This document shows, piece after piece, positions 1 through 8,380 of a stretch of 64,000 bases of DNA. A program made the position numbers and the translations under genes. Each line of letters begins with the position of its first letter. The stretch's first letter is position 1. The DNA lies in the NCBI GenBank assembly GCA_035701285.1, contig DASSNT010000015.1:4969-68968 (forward strand), read 5' to 3'. The DNA is from Gammaproteobacteria bacterium. Lineage in GTDB: Bacteria; Pseudomonadota; Gammaproteobacteria; Natronospirales; DASSBR01. The notes below the pieces were generated by a model, which saw only the letters and a program-made list of their open reading frames with translations, did no database searches and had not been told where the DNA came from.

Positions 1-443
1 GCGATATGCGGTTGATCACCTACAAGGATCACGTCAGCCAGGCGGCGCATTTTGCGCTGGTGGCCGGCGAGCTGATTGCGGACGAGCCGACGCTCGTGCG
101 CGTGCATCTGCAAAACGCGCTGAGCGACGTGCTGGCGATCCGCTCCGACGCGCTCGGCTGGCCGTTCCGGGACGCGCTGTCGCGTATCGCGAAGGAGGGT
201 GGCGTCGCGGTGGTGCTGCACCAGCCGGAGTCGCCGGCCGACCTGGCGAGGACGCTCGAATCGCTGCCGGCCAAGCCGGCCCCGGCGGAGAATGAGGACG
301 GTGCGCAGGTGCTGCGCACCTACGGCGTCGGCGCGCAGATTTTGATCGACCTCGGCGTGCGCCGCATGCGCGTGTTGAGCGCGCCGAAGAAAATGCACGG
401 CATTTCGGGCTTCGGCCTGGAAGTCGTCGAATACGTGAGCTGA
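1..443 (+). CDS. ribBA: C-terminal part of bifunctional riboflavin enzyme RibBA (GTP cyclohydrolase II-like domain); the 5' end lies outside the window
   Basis: The reading frame of ORF 6..443 is open to the window edge. The C-terminal motif GVGAQILIDLGVRRMRVLS...GFGLEVVEYV is typical of RibA/RibBA. It lies directly upstream of ribH-nusB, the usual proteobacterial order. Confidence 0.75.
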   Translation, partial: DMRLITYKDHVSQAAHFALVAGELIADEPTLVRVHLQNALSDVLAIRSDALGWPFRDALSRIAKEGGVAVVLHQPESPADLARTLESLPAKPAPAENEDGAQVLRTYGVGAQILIDLGVRRMRVLSAPKKMHGISGFGLEVVEYVS

Positions 444-445
444 CC

Positions 446-937
446 ATGTCGGATTTTACTCCCGCCGGTGACCGCGATTTGTCCGTCTCTGACGCACGCA
501 TTGTCATGGTGGCATCGCGCTTCAACGACTTTATCGTCAACGGCCTCATCGACGGGGCGCGCCGAATGCTTGCGCGTCACGGTGTCGCGGATGACGCGAT
601 GGAACTTGTGTATGTGCCGGGCGCATTCGAAATTCCGCTTGCCGCAAAGAAGCTGGCCGAAACCGGGCGCTTCGACGGTATTGTTGCGCTCGGCGCGGTA
701 ATCCGCGGCGATACCGCTCATTTCGAGTTCGTCGCCGGCGAGTGCACGCGCGGTCTGGGCCAGGTCATGCTGGAGACAGGCCTGCCGATCGGCTTCGGTG
801 TGCTCACCTGCGACACCGACGCACAGGCAATGGAGCGATCCAACTCCAAGGAAGGCAACAAAGGCGAGGAAGCGGCGCTCGCCGTGCTGGAAATGGTCGA
901 TGTGCTGCGGCGGATGGGTGAGGGGACATCGCTGTAA
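446..937 (+). CDS. ribH: 6,7-dimethyl-8-ribityllumazine synthase
   Basis: 163 aa. Contains the lumazine synthase pattern (VASRFNDFI..., VPGAFEIP, GAVIRGDTAHFEFV). Lies between ribBA and nusB. Confidence 0.95.
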   Translation: MSDFTPAGDRDLSVSDARIVMVASRFNDFIVNGLIDGARRMLARHGVADDAMELVYVPGAFEIPLAAKKLAETGRFDGIVALGAVIRGDTAHFEFVAGECTRGLGQVMLETGLPIGFGVLTCDTDAQAMERSNSKEGNKGEEAALAVLEMVDVLRRMGEGTSL

Positions 938-1359
938 TGACCCGCTCGAATTTCCGTTCGCGCGCCCGCAGCCGGGCGCTGCAGGCCCTGTACCAGTGGC
1001 AAATCACCGCCGACGAACCGCGGGCGATATTGACGCAGTTCCTGGCCGAGAAACGCGACCGCCGCGAGACCGAGTACTTCGAAACCCTGTTTTCGGAGGC
1101 TGCCGCTGCGGCGGATGACCTCGATACGCTGGCCGGGCAATATCTCGACCGGCCACTCGCCCAGATCGACCCGATCGAGCGCGCGATCCTGTGGATCAGC
1201 CTGCTCGAGTTTCGCGACCACATCGAAGTGCCGTACCGGGTCGTCATCAACGAAGCGGTTGAATTGGCGAAACGCTATGGCGCCGAAGCCAGTCATAAGT
1301 ACATCAATGCGGTACTCGACCGCGCTGCGGCCGAGCTGAGAACCCTGGAAACGCGCTGA
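937..1359 (+). CDS. nusB: Transcription antitermination factor NusB
   Basis: 140 aa with RSRARSRALQALYQW... and a NusB-like C-terminus (KYINAVLD). The ATG overlaps the ribH stop (TAATG). Confidence 0.95.
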   Translation: MTRSNFRSRARSRALQALYQWQITADEPRAILTQFLAEKRDRRETEYFETLFSEAAAAADDLDTLAGQYLDRPLAQIDPIERAILWISLLEFRDHIEVPYRVVINEAVELAKRYGAEASHKYINAVLDRAAAELRTLETR

Positions 1360-1370
1360 TCGCGAACGGC

Positions 1371-2300
1371 ATGGACGAGTTCGCGCTGATCCGCCGTTAT
1401 TTCGACCGCCCCGGTGACAACGCACGCGGCGTCAGCCTCGGTATCGGCGACGATGCCGCGTTGCTGCAGGTTCCGGCGGGTCACGAGCTGGCCGTTACGA
1501 CCGACACGATGGTCGAGGCTGTTCATTTTCCGGCCGACGCGCCAGCCCATGGCATAGGGTATCGCGCCCTCGCTACCAATCTCAGCGACCTCGCCGCGAT
1601 GGGCGCAACGCCGGCGTGGGCAACGCTGGCGGTGACGCTGCCCGGCGCGGACGCAGCCTGGATAGAGGCTTTTTCACGAGGTTTCTTTGAACTGGCCGAC
1701 GCGTTCGACGTGGCGCTGGTCGGCGGCGACGTGACCCGCGGTCCGCTGACGATCACCGTTGGCATGTACGGCGTCGTCGCGGCCGGCACAGCCTTGCGCC
1801 GCAGTGGCGCGCGTCCCGGCGATCGCATCGTCGTCACCGGCGCGCTGGGGGAAGCCGCGGCCGGCCTGAAAGCCTGGCCGCTTGCCGACGGGGGAGGACG
1901 GTATCTGTACCCGCAGCCGCGTGTCGCTGAAGGGCAGGCGTTGCGCGGCTACGCCAGCGCGGCGATCGATATTTCAGACGGGTTGCTGGCAGACCTCGGG
2001 CATATCATCGAAGCGAGCGGCGTGGGCGCCGAGGTGGCAGCAGGCCAGGTGCCGCTGGCGCCGACGCTGGCCAGCTTCGACAGCGCCACTGCGCGCGAAA
2101 CGGCCTTGACCGGCGGCGACGACTACGAACTGTGCTTCACGATCGAGCCGGAGCGACTCGACGCGCTGCGACAGGTCTGGCAGCCGGAATGGGCCGAACT
2201 GCACGAGATCGGCGTTATTTCCGACCAACGGACGCTGCGATGCATCGCGCCTGACGGCACGTTGTGGCAACCTGACGCACCCGGCTACCGGCATTTTTGA
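1371..2300 (+). CDS. thiL: Thiamine-monophosphate kinase
   Basis: 309 aa with an AIR-synthase-like fold signature (GIGDDAALL, TTDTMVEAVHF, NLSDLAAMGA). Canonical nusB-thiL-pgpA order. Confidence 0.9.
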   Translation: MDEFALIRRYFDRPGDNARGVSLGIGDDAALLQVPAGHELAVTTDTMVEAVHFPADAPAHGIGYRALATNLSDLAAMGATPAWATLAVTLPGADAAWIEAFSRGFFELADAFDVALVGGDVTRGPLTITVGMYGVVAAGTALRRSGARPGDRIVVTGALGEAAAGLKAWPLADGGGRYLYPQPRVAEGQALRGYASAAIDISDGLLADLGHIIEASGVGAEVAAGQVPLAPTLASFDSATARETALTGGDDYELCFTIEPERLDALRQVWQPEWAELHEIGVISDQRTLRCIAPDGTLWQPDAPGYRHF

Positions 2301-2797
2301 TGCGGATAGATACCAACCGGATTCTGCGCGACCCGGTCCACTTAATGGCTTTCGGCTTCGGCTCAGGGCTCGCGCCGCGTGCGCCCGGCACCTTCGGCAC
2401 GCTGGTGGCGGTGCCGGTTGCCTACGCGCTGGCGCTGCTGCCCACGCTTTGGCATGCGGCCGTCATCGTCCTGCTGTTCGCTGCCGGCGTCTGGATTTGC
2501 GGCACCAGCGCGCGGCGGCTGGGAGTGCATGATTTTTCGGGCATCGTATTCGACGAAATCGTCGGCTACCTGATCACGCTCGCGATTGCGACTGCCGCCG
2601 TCCCGTTCAATTGGCTGGCCGTCATCGCAGGCTTCGTGCTGTTCCGCATTTTTGACATCGCGAAGCCCTGGCCGATCGGCTGGCTGGATCGCCACGTTGG
2701 CGGCGGGACTGGAATCATGCTGGACGACGTCGCTGCCGGCATTTATGCTGGAGTCATCTGGTGGGGGATATCGCAATGGATACCGCAGATATATTAA
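2297..2797 (+). CDS. pgpA: Phosphatidylglycerophosphatase A
   Basis: 166 aa membrane protein with PgpA motifs (GFGSGL.P.APGTFGT, FDEIVGY, FRIFDI.KPWPI, DDV.AG). 4-nt overlap with thiL. Confidence 0.9.
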   Translation: MMRIDTNRILRDPVHLMAFGFGSGLAPRAPGTFGTLVAVPVAYALALLPTLWHAAVIVLLFAAGVWICGTSARRLGVHDFSGIVFDEIVGYLITLAIATAAVPFNWLAVIAGFVLFRIFDIAKPWPIGWLDRHVGGGTGIMLDDVAAGIYAGVIWWGISQWIPQIY

Positions 2798-4098
2798 AAA
2801 AGGTATCGGCGCCGGGGACGCCCTCCGCTCTGTCCGATGGCAGGCCGGCGAGAATCGGTAAATACGAAGTCACGCGCGAGCTCGGCAGTGGCAGCACCAG
2901 CCGGGTCTATCTGTGTCACGATCCATACCTGCGCAAAGACGTCGCGCTTAAGTTGTACGCCGCATCCGATGATCTGCCGGCCGGGCGGGCGCGCGTGCAT
3001 CGACGCGTGTTTTTCAACGAGGCGCACCTGGTCGGCATGCTGCAGCACCCCAGCATCGTACCGATTCACGACGCCGGCGAAGACAACGGCCGGTACTACA
3101 TCGTGATGGAGTACGTGCGCAATTCGGAGTCGCTGGCCGCTTACACCCGGCCGGAGCATCTGTTGCCGGTCCATGGCGTGGCCGACCTGATTTTCCGCTG
3201 CGCGAAGGCGCTCGATTTCGCCCACCGGCGCGGCGTGGTGCATCGAGACATCAAGCCGAGCAACATTCTGCTGAACAAGACCGGCGGCATCCGCATCGTC
3301 GATTTCGGCATTGCGCAGACCGCGCAGTCGGCGCTCAACGGCAAGCGCGGCTTGATCGGCTCGCCGAGCTACATGGCGCCGGAGCAGATTCGCGAGCAGA
3401 ACCCCGAGGTGACGGCGCAGTCGGACCTCTTTTCGCTGGGCATCGTCATGTACGAACTGCTGGCGGGGCGGCGGCCGTTTATCGGCGCCGATCTCGACGA
3501 GCTGCGTCGCCGGATCGCCTGGTCGACGCCGCTGCCCTTGCATCGCTTGCGCAAGGACATTCCGCCGGCGCTCGAGCAGATCGTGTTTCGCGCGTTGCAC
3601 AAGGATCCGCAGCGGCGCTATCAGACCGGCCTTGAATTTGCCGGCGACCTGACCGGCGCGTTCCGGCAGCTCGACCGCTCAGTGGCGGAACTCGCGGAAC
3701 AGGATCGTTTCAACCAGATGCGCAAGCTGGAGTTCTTCCGCAAGTTCAGCTATCCCGAAGTCTGGGAGCTGATGAAAGCGAGCCAGTGGTGCGAGTATCA
3801 CAAGGGTGAGCGCATCGTGACGGAAGGCGAGATGGAAGATTGCTTTCTGATCTTCGTCTCCGGTGAAGTCGCCGTCAGGCAGGCGGGCAACCTGATACGC
3901 GTGCTGCGTCGGGACGATTGCTTCGGAGAGATGGCTTACCTGAACGGCGTGCGCCGGACGGTCACGCTCGAAGTCGTCGCGCCCACGGCAGTGGTGCGCG
4001 TCAATGCTGCGCTGATGCAGCGGGCGTCGATGGAGTGCCAGTTGAAGTTCACCCAGCAGTTTTTATATACGCTGCTCGAGCGGCTGGGGGCGCACTGA
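2776..4098 (+). CDS. Hanks-type Ser/Thr protein kinase fused to a C-terminal cyclic-nucleotide-binding (cNMP/CAP-like) domain
   Basis: Kinase motifs HRDIKPSNILL, DFGIA and GSPSYMAPE are present. The C-terminal ~120 aa carry cNMP-binding hallmarks (GE.IV.EGE..D.F.I.V.GEV.V, FGEMA). The ATG at 2776 is preferred over the GTG at 2761. Either start overlaps the pgpA 3' end. Confidence 0.85.
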   Translation: MDTADILKKVSAPGTPSALSDGRPARIGKYEVTRELGSGSTSRVYLCHDPYLRKDVALKLYAASDDLPAGRARVHRRVFFNEAHLVGMLQHPSIVPIHDAGEDNGRYYIVMEYVRNSESLAAYTRPEHLLPVHGVADLIFRCAKALDFAHRRGVVHRDIKPSNILLNKTGGIRIVDFGIAQTAQSALNGKRGLIGSPSYMAPEQIREQNPEVTAQSDLFSLGIVMYELLAGRRPFIGADLDELRRRIAWSTPLPLHRLRKDIPPALEQIVFRALHKDPQRRYQTGLEFAGDLTGAFRQLDRSVAELAEQDRFNQMRKLEFFRKFSYPEVWELMKASQWCEYHKGERIVTEGEMEDCFLIFVSGEVAVRQAGNLIRVLRRDDCFGEMAYLNGVRRTVTLEVVAPTAVVRVNAALMQRASMECQLKFTQQFLYTLLERLGAH

Positions 4099-4103
4099 AG
4101 CCT

Positions 4104-4511
4104 TTACCCTTCGCCGCTAACCTCTGATCCTTCTTCCGCGAACGTTTCGGCCATCAGCCGCTCGAAATGGTCCAGTTCGAACGGCTTGCGCACCGTCGGC
4201 CGGTCGCGGTAATCCTCGCGCAGCATGTCGACGCCGTAGCCCGTCATGAAGATGAAAGGAATGCCGAGTTCGTCGAGCTTCTCCGCAATCGGGTAGCTCG
4301 TTTCGGTTCCCAGATTCACATCCAGCAGCGCGCCGTCAAAGGCTTCCGATTCGGCCAGCTCGAGCGCCTGCTCGACGGATGCGGCCGTGGTCGCTGTGCA
4401 ACCGAGCATCCCCAGCCAGTCTTCGATCAGCATGACGAGCATCATCTCGTCCTCGACGACAAGCAGATGCTTGCCGGGCAGTACCGCATTTTCCCCCTCA
4501 AACAGATTCAT
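4104..4511 (-). CDS. Single-domain response regulator (receiver only)
   Basis: CheY-like receiver (LLVVEDE..., LLDVNLG, MTGY, KPF). The start is taken at MNLFEG; this ATG overlaps the upstream kinase stop as ATGA at 4508-4511. Confidence 0.85.
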   Translation of the reverse strand: MNLFEGENAVLPGKHLLVVEDEMMLVMLIEDWLGMLGCTATTAASVEQALELAESEAFDGALLDVNLGTETSYPIAEKLDELGIPFIFMTGYGVDMLREDYRDRPTVRKPFELDHFERLMAETFAEEGSEVSGEG

Positions 4512-6643
4512 GCCATGGCTCCGACAGCAAGAGATGCCTGTGCAGTGTCCAGCGGAAGGCTGATGTCGCAGCACAGGCCGCCGCGCTTGAAGTCCAGCGT
4601 CACGCCGGCGCGCAACTCGTGTTTAAGGCCTTGTTCAATCAGCCGCGACCCGAATCCCCGCCGCTGCGGTTTGGTCACGGGCGGACCGCCGCGCTCGACC
4701 CATTTGAGGTGGAGGTGCTGCCTCCCGCCTTCATCGCGTATGTGCCAATGCACGTCGACGACGCCTTGCAGCGTCGACAGCGCGCCGTACTTCACGGCGT
4801 TGGTGGCAAGTTCGTGCAGCGCCATGCCAAGCGCCAGCGCGGTCTTTGCGTTCACTTGCATACTCTCATCGCCATGGGCTGTCCAGCGCGGCTGAGCCTT
4901 CGACTGATAGGGCGCCAGCTCCAGTCCTATCAGGTCGTGCAGCGAGGCGCCGTGCCAGTTGCTGCGCATCAGGAGTTCGTGCGTATGTCCCAGCGCGATC
5001 AGCCGCGAAATAAAGTCCTTCTGAAACGTCTTGCGGTCGGTGGTGCTGTGCAGCGTCTGCATCGCGATCGACTGCACCGTCGCGAGCGTGTTCTTCACGC
5101 GGTGGCTCAGCTCGTGGAGCAGCAGCTCCCGATGCACTTCCGCGGCGCGACGATCGGAAATGTCGCGGGCAATTTTCGATGCGCCGATGATGGTGCCGTT
5201 CCTGTCCCTGATCGGCGACACCGTCAGCGAAATGTCCACCCGGCTTCCGTCCTTGCGCTGGCGCACGGTGTCGTAATGGTCGATCGATTCGCCGCGCCGG
5301 ATACGGGCAAGTATCTCGGGCTCTTCATCCTGGTGGTCATTCGGGACCAGGATATCGACCGACTTGCCCACTGCTTCCTGTGCCGTGTAACCGAACAGTC
5401 GTTCGGCGCCGTGGTTCCACGTCTGGATAATGCCGTTGAGATCCTTGCTGGCGATGGCGTCGTCGGACGACTCCACGATCGCGGCAAGCTGCTGCGCGGC
5501 GCGCTCCATGCGGCGACTCCGTTCGATTTCAGCCCGCAGCGAATCTTCGCTCCGCGCGCGCTCGATCAGGTCGGCCGCCTGCCGCGCCAGCACGTCCAGC
5601 AGGCGCAGATCGATGGCGCTCGGATGATGCGGCTCGCGCCAGTGGGTCGAAATCATGCCCAGCGGCTTGCCACGGCGGGACATCAGCGGCGTGGACTGCA
5701 CCGCGCGGATGCCCGAGCGGCGGTACTCTTCCAGATCCTGGGTACCGGCCATGAAGTCGCAGGTCTCGACGTCGTCGACGATTGTGCGGTTGCCGCTGGC
5801 GAGAGCTGCGCCACAGGTGCTGCCGGAGCTGGCTGTCACCCGCTTCCAGAAGCGGGCGGAAGCGGGATTAAACCCTTTCCATGCACGCAGGTGCAGCTCG
5901 TCGTTGCCCTGGGGCAGGAGTTGCACGCTGGCCGCGTCCGAGCGCATGACGGCGGCGGCAGCGTCCAGCAGTTGCCGGTACAGCGCATCCGGGTCGTCCT
6001 CCTGAATGAGCAGGGTGCTGAACTCCTGCAACTGCTGCGTCGCCGCGAGTTCAGTGGCCTGGCGCGCTTTGCTCGCGCGTAGCGCGACGGCGGAACGCTC
6101 CCGCTCGATCGCAATGCCGGCAAGGTGCGTAGCAATTTCCATCAACTGCGGACGTGCGGGGCTGGGGTCGCCGGGCTGACTGCGGTGCACCGCGAAGGAC
6201 GCAAGTACATTTCCATCCGCACCACGGACAGGAAACGAATAGCACGCCTGCACGCCACAGTCGAGCATCAGTGCCCGCCACGCTTCGGCGTAGCGCTGCT
6301 CGGTGGCAACATCCTTCACGACAACCGGTCGGCCGTGATACGCGGCTTCACCGCAGGAGCCAAGATAGGGGGAGGTGACCAAGGCGCCATCCAGCGCCTG
6401 ATGAAAGCTTTCCGGCAGACTCGGTCCGGCGCTCCGGCGAAAACGTTCTCCGTCGTCGTCGACGATCAGGATGGAGCAGCGAAGGTCGTCTTCCTGCGCT
6501 TCGATAAATTGCGTCAGCGCCGTCAGCGTCTCGTTCAGCGGTGCCCCGGCTGCGATCATCTCCAGCACACACGTTTGTCCGATCAGCAGCTTGTTTTCGC
6601 GCTGAAGCGGCGCCTCGGAGATGGCGTTTTCGACGATTTCCAT
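4508..6643 (-). CDS. GAF-GAF-PAS sensor histidine kinase of the HWE/HisKA_2 family
   Basis: 711 aa. Has two GAF-like regions and a PAS domain (IVESSDDAIASKDLNGIIQTWNHGAERLFGY). The HWE-type H-box is HELSHRVKNTLATVQSIA and the ATP-binding region is HELATNAVKYGAL...W.E.GGP. Confidence 0.85.
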   Translation of the reverse strand: MEIVENAISEAPLQRENKLLIGQTCVLEMIAAGAPLNETLTALTQFIEAQEDDLRCSILIVDDDGERFRRSAGPSLPESFHQALDGALVTSPYLGSCGEAAYHGRPVVVKDVATEQRYAEAWRALMLDCGVQACYSFPVRGADGNVLASFAVHRSQPGDPSPARPQLMEIATHLAGIAIERERSAVALRASKARQATELAATQQLQEFSTLLIQEDDPDALYRQLLDAAAAVMRSDAASVQLLPQGNDELHLRAWKGFNPASARFWKRVTASSGSTCGAALASGNRTIVDDVETCDFMAGTQDLEEYRRSGIRAVQSTPLMSRRGKPLGMISTHWREPHHPSAIDLRLLDVLARQAADLIERARSEDSLRAEIERSRRMERAAQQLAAIVESSDDAIASKDLNGIIQTWNHGAERLFGYTAQEAVGKSVDILVPNDHQDEEPEILARIRRGESIDHYDTVRQRKDGSRVDISLTVSPIRDRNGTIIGASKIARDISDRRAAEVHRELLLHELSHRVKNTLATVQSIAMQTLHSTTDRKTFQKDFISRLIALGHTHELLMRSNWHGASLHDLIGLELAPYQSKAQPRWTAHGDESMQVNAKTALALGMALHELATNAVKYGALSTLQGVVDVHWHIRDEGGRQHLHLKWVERGGPPVTKPQRRGFGSRLIEQGLKHELRAGVTLDFKRGGLCCDISLPLDTAQASLAVGAMA

Positions 6644-6714
6644 GGCTGTCGTTTCGTCCTCTGCCTTAGAGCGGCTCCCTGATATTGATCCAATCCCACC
6701 GCACTCAACCCCGG

Positions 6715-7524
6715 CTAGATATCCTTGTCCCGCTCCACCTGCGCGTAAGCCGAGTGATTGTGGATCGACTCGAAGTTCTCCGAGGAGACCTGGTAATAAC
6801 GGATGCGGTCATCGCGGTCAAGGCGCACGGCGATGTCGCGAACGATGTCCTCGACGAACTTCGGATTGTCGTAGGCGCGCTCGGTGACGTACTTCTCGTC
6901 CGGCCGTTTCAGCAGCCCGTACAGCTCGCAGGAGGCTTCGGCCTCGATTACGTCGATCAGCTCCTCCAGCCAGACGAAACCGCGCATGCGCGCGGTCAGC
7001 GTGACGTGCGAGCGCTGGTTGTGCGCGCCGTAGTCCGAGATCTTTTTCGAGCACGGGCACAGACTGGTGACCGGCACGACAACCCGCACCATGATGCAGT
7101 TCTCGTCCCCGCGCCGTACGCCGATGAAGGTCACGTCGTAATCCAGCACGCTGGTGACGCCCGACACCGGCGCCTGCTTGCTGATGAAGTAGGGGAAATT
7201 CATCTCGATGTGCCCGGACCGCGCTTCGAGCCGGCTGGTCATCTCGCCGAGCATGTCCTGGAACGAGGCCACCGAAATCTCGCGCTCGTGGCAATTCAGT
7301 ATCTCGACGAAGCGCGACATGTGCGTGCCCTTGAAGTGCGCGGGCAGGTCCACGTACATGTTGAACATCGCCACGGTATGCTGCTCGCCGCCGGAACGGT
7401 CCTTGACCCGGACCGGATGGCGGATGTCCTTGATGCCGACCTTCTGGATCGGGATGTGGCGGGTGTCCGCGCTGGATTGCACGTCCGCGATCGGTGTCGC
7501 CGGGCGTTTTCGTTTCATATCCAT
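6715..7524 (-). CDS. folE2: GTP cyclohydrolase IB (FolE2 type)
   Basis: Signature motifs KGTHMSRF and [17 protein letters not shown] are present. The start at MDMKRK (7524) has a GGAGGAG Shine-Dalgarno formed by the last xseB codons. An alternative ATG lies at 7545. Confidence 0.85.
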   Translation of the reverse strand: MDMKRKRPATPIADVQSSADTRHIPIQKVGIKDIRHPVRVKDRSGGEQHTVAMFNMYVDLPAHFKGTHMSRFVEILNCHEREISVASFQDMLGEMTSRLEARSGHIEMNFPYFISKQAPVSGVTSVLDYDVTFIGVRRGDENCIMVRVVVPVTSLCPCSKKISDYGAHNQRSHVTLTARMRGFVWLEELIDVIEAEASCELYGLLKRPDEKYVTERAYDNPKFVEDIVRDIAVRLDRDDRIRYYQVSSENFESIHNHSAYAQVERDKDI

Positions 7525-7528
7525 CAGG

Positions 7529-7768
7529 CTACTCCTCCGGCGCAAACGGCTCGACGCTGCCGTCTTTCAGCAGGATTTCGACTTTCTGCTCGGCCTCGGT
7601 AAGCGCCTGCTGACAGACACGCGTCAGTTTTACTCCGCGCTCGAAGTGCTTGAGCGCCGTATCGAGACTGATGTCGCCCTGTTCGAGCGCCGCCACGACC
7701 GATTCCAGCTCCTTGAGCGCGCTTTCGAAATCCGGGGCCGTCTCGGCCGATGTCGTTTTCTTGGGCAT
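7529..7768 (-). CDS. xseB: Exodeoxyribonuclease VII small subunit
   Basis: 79 aa from MPKKTT. Typical XseB helical hairpin (FE.AL.ELE.VV..LE.GD.SLD.AL..FERG..L...C...L..AEQKV). Confidence 0.9.
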   Translation of the reverse strand: MPKKTTSAETAPDFESALKELESVVAALEQGDISLDTALKHFERGVKLTRVCQQALTEAEQKVEILLKDGSVEPFAPEE

Positions 7769-7841
7769 GTCCCCGCCAGAACGCAAAAGGTCAAACCGCC
7801 ATTTTAACAGGTGCGGCCGGTAATCCCGCAAATTATCATTG

Positions 7842-7912
7842 TTGACTTTGTTCCGGGCGCAGATTACATTTCCGGGGGCTTAGACTTAGTCTAAACTGAA
7901 TACTACTAGTAG
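7842..7912 (+). promoter_or_regulatory. Putative sigma70 promoter (TTGACT-17 nt-TACATT) followed by two perfect palindromes upstream of the rubrerythrin gene
   Basis: TTGACT lies at 7842-7847 and TACATT at 7865-7870. The palindrome TTAGACT-t-AGTCTAA is at 7880-7894 and CTACTAGTAG at 7903-7912. All sit in an AT-rich divergent region between xseB and rubrerythrin. The promoter and operator roles are inferred only. Confidence 0.3.
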
Positions 7913-7927
7913 AAGCTGGAGGAAGGC

Positions 7928-8347
7928 ATGGAACTCAAGGGCAGCAAGACAGAATCGAACCTGAAAGAGGCGTTCGCGGGCGAATCGCAGGCCAATCGCC
8001 GCTACCTGTACTTCGCCGCCAAGGCGGACGTCGAAGGTTACAACGACGTGTCGGCGGTGTTTCGTTCGACTGCCGAAGGCGAGACCGGCCACGCGCACGG
8101 CCACCTGGAATACCTCGAGGCGGTCGGCGACCCGGCCACCGGCCTGCCGATCGGCGCGACCGACATGAACCTGAAGGCCGCGATTGCCGGCGAAACCCAC
8201 GAGTACACCGACATGTACCCGGGCATGGCCAAGACCGCCCGCGACGAAGGTTTCGACGAAATCGCCGACTGGATGGAAACGCTGGCCAAGGCCGAGCGTT
8301 CGCACGCCAACCGCTTTCAGAAGGCGCTGGACGGGCTGGAAGGCTAA
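7928..8347 (+). CDS. Rubrerythrin-family diiron protein (ferritin-like domain only, no rubredoxin domain)
   Basis: 139 aa. Contains two E...ExxH diiron half-sites (ESQANRRY / EGETGH and AGETHEY / AERSH). Confidence 0.9.
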   Translation: MELKGSKTESNLKEAFAGESQANRRYLYFAAKADVEGYNDVSAVFRSTAEGETGHAHGHLEYLEAVGDPATGLPIGATDMNLKAAIAGETHEYTDMYPGMAKTARDEGFDEIADWMETLAKAERSHANRFQKALDGLEG

Positions 8348-8380
8348 AGGCCGCCCAATCGATGCACCGCGGGGCGGCAC

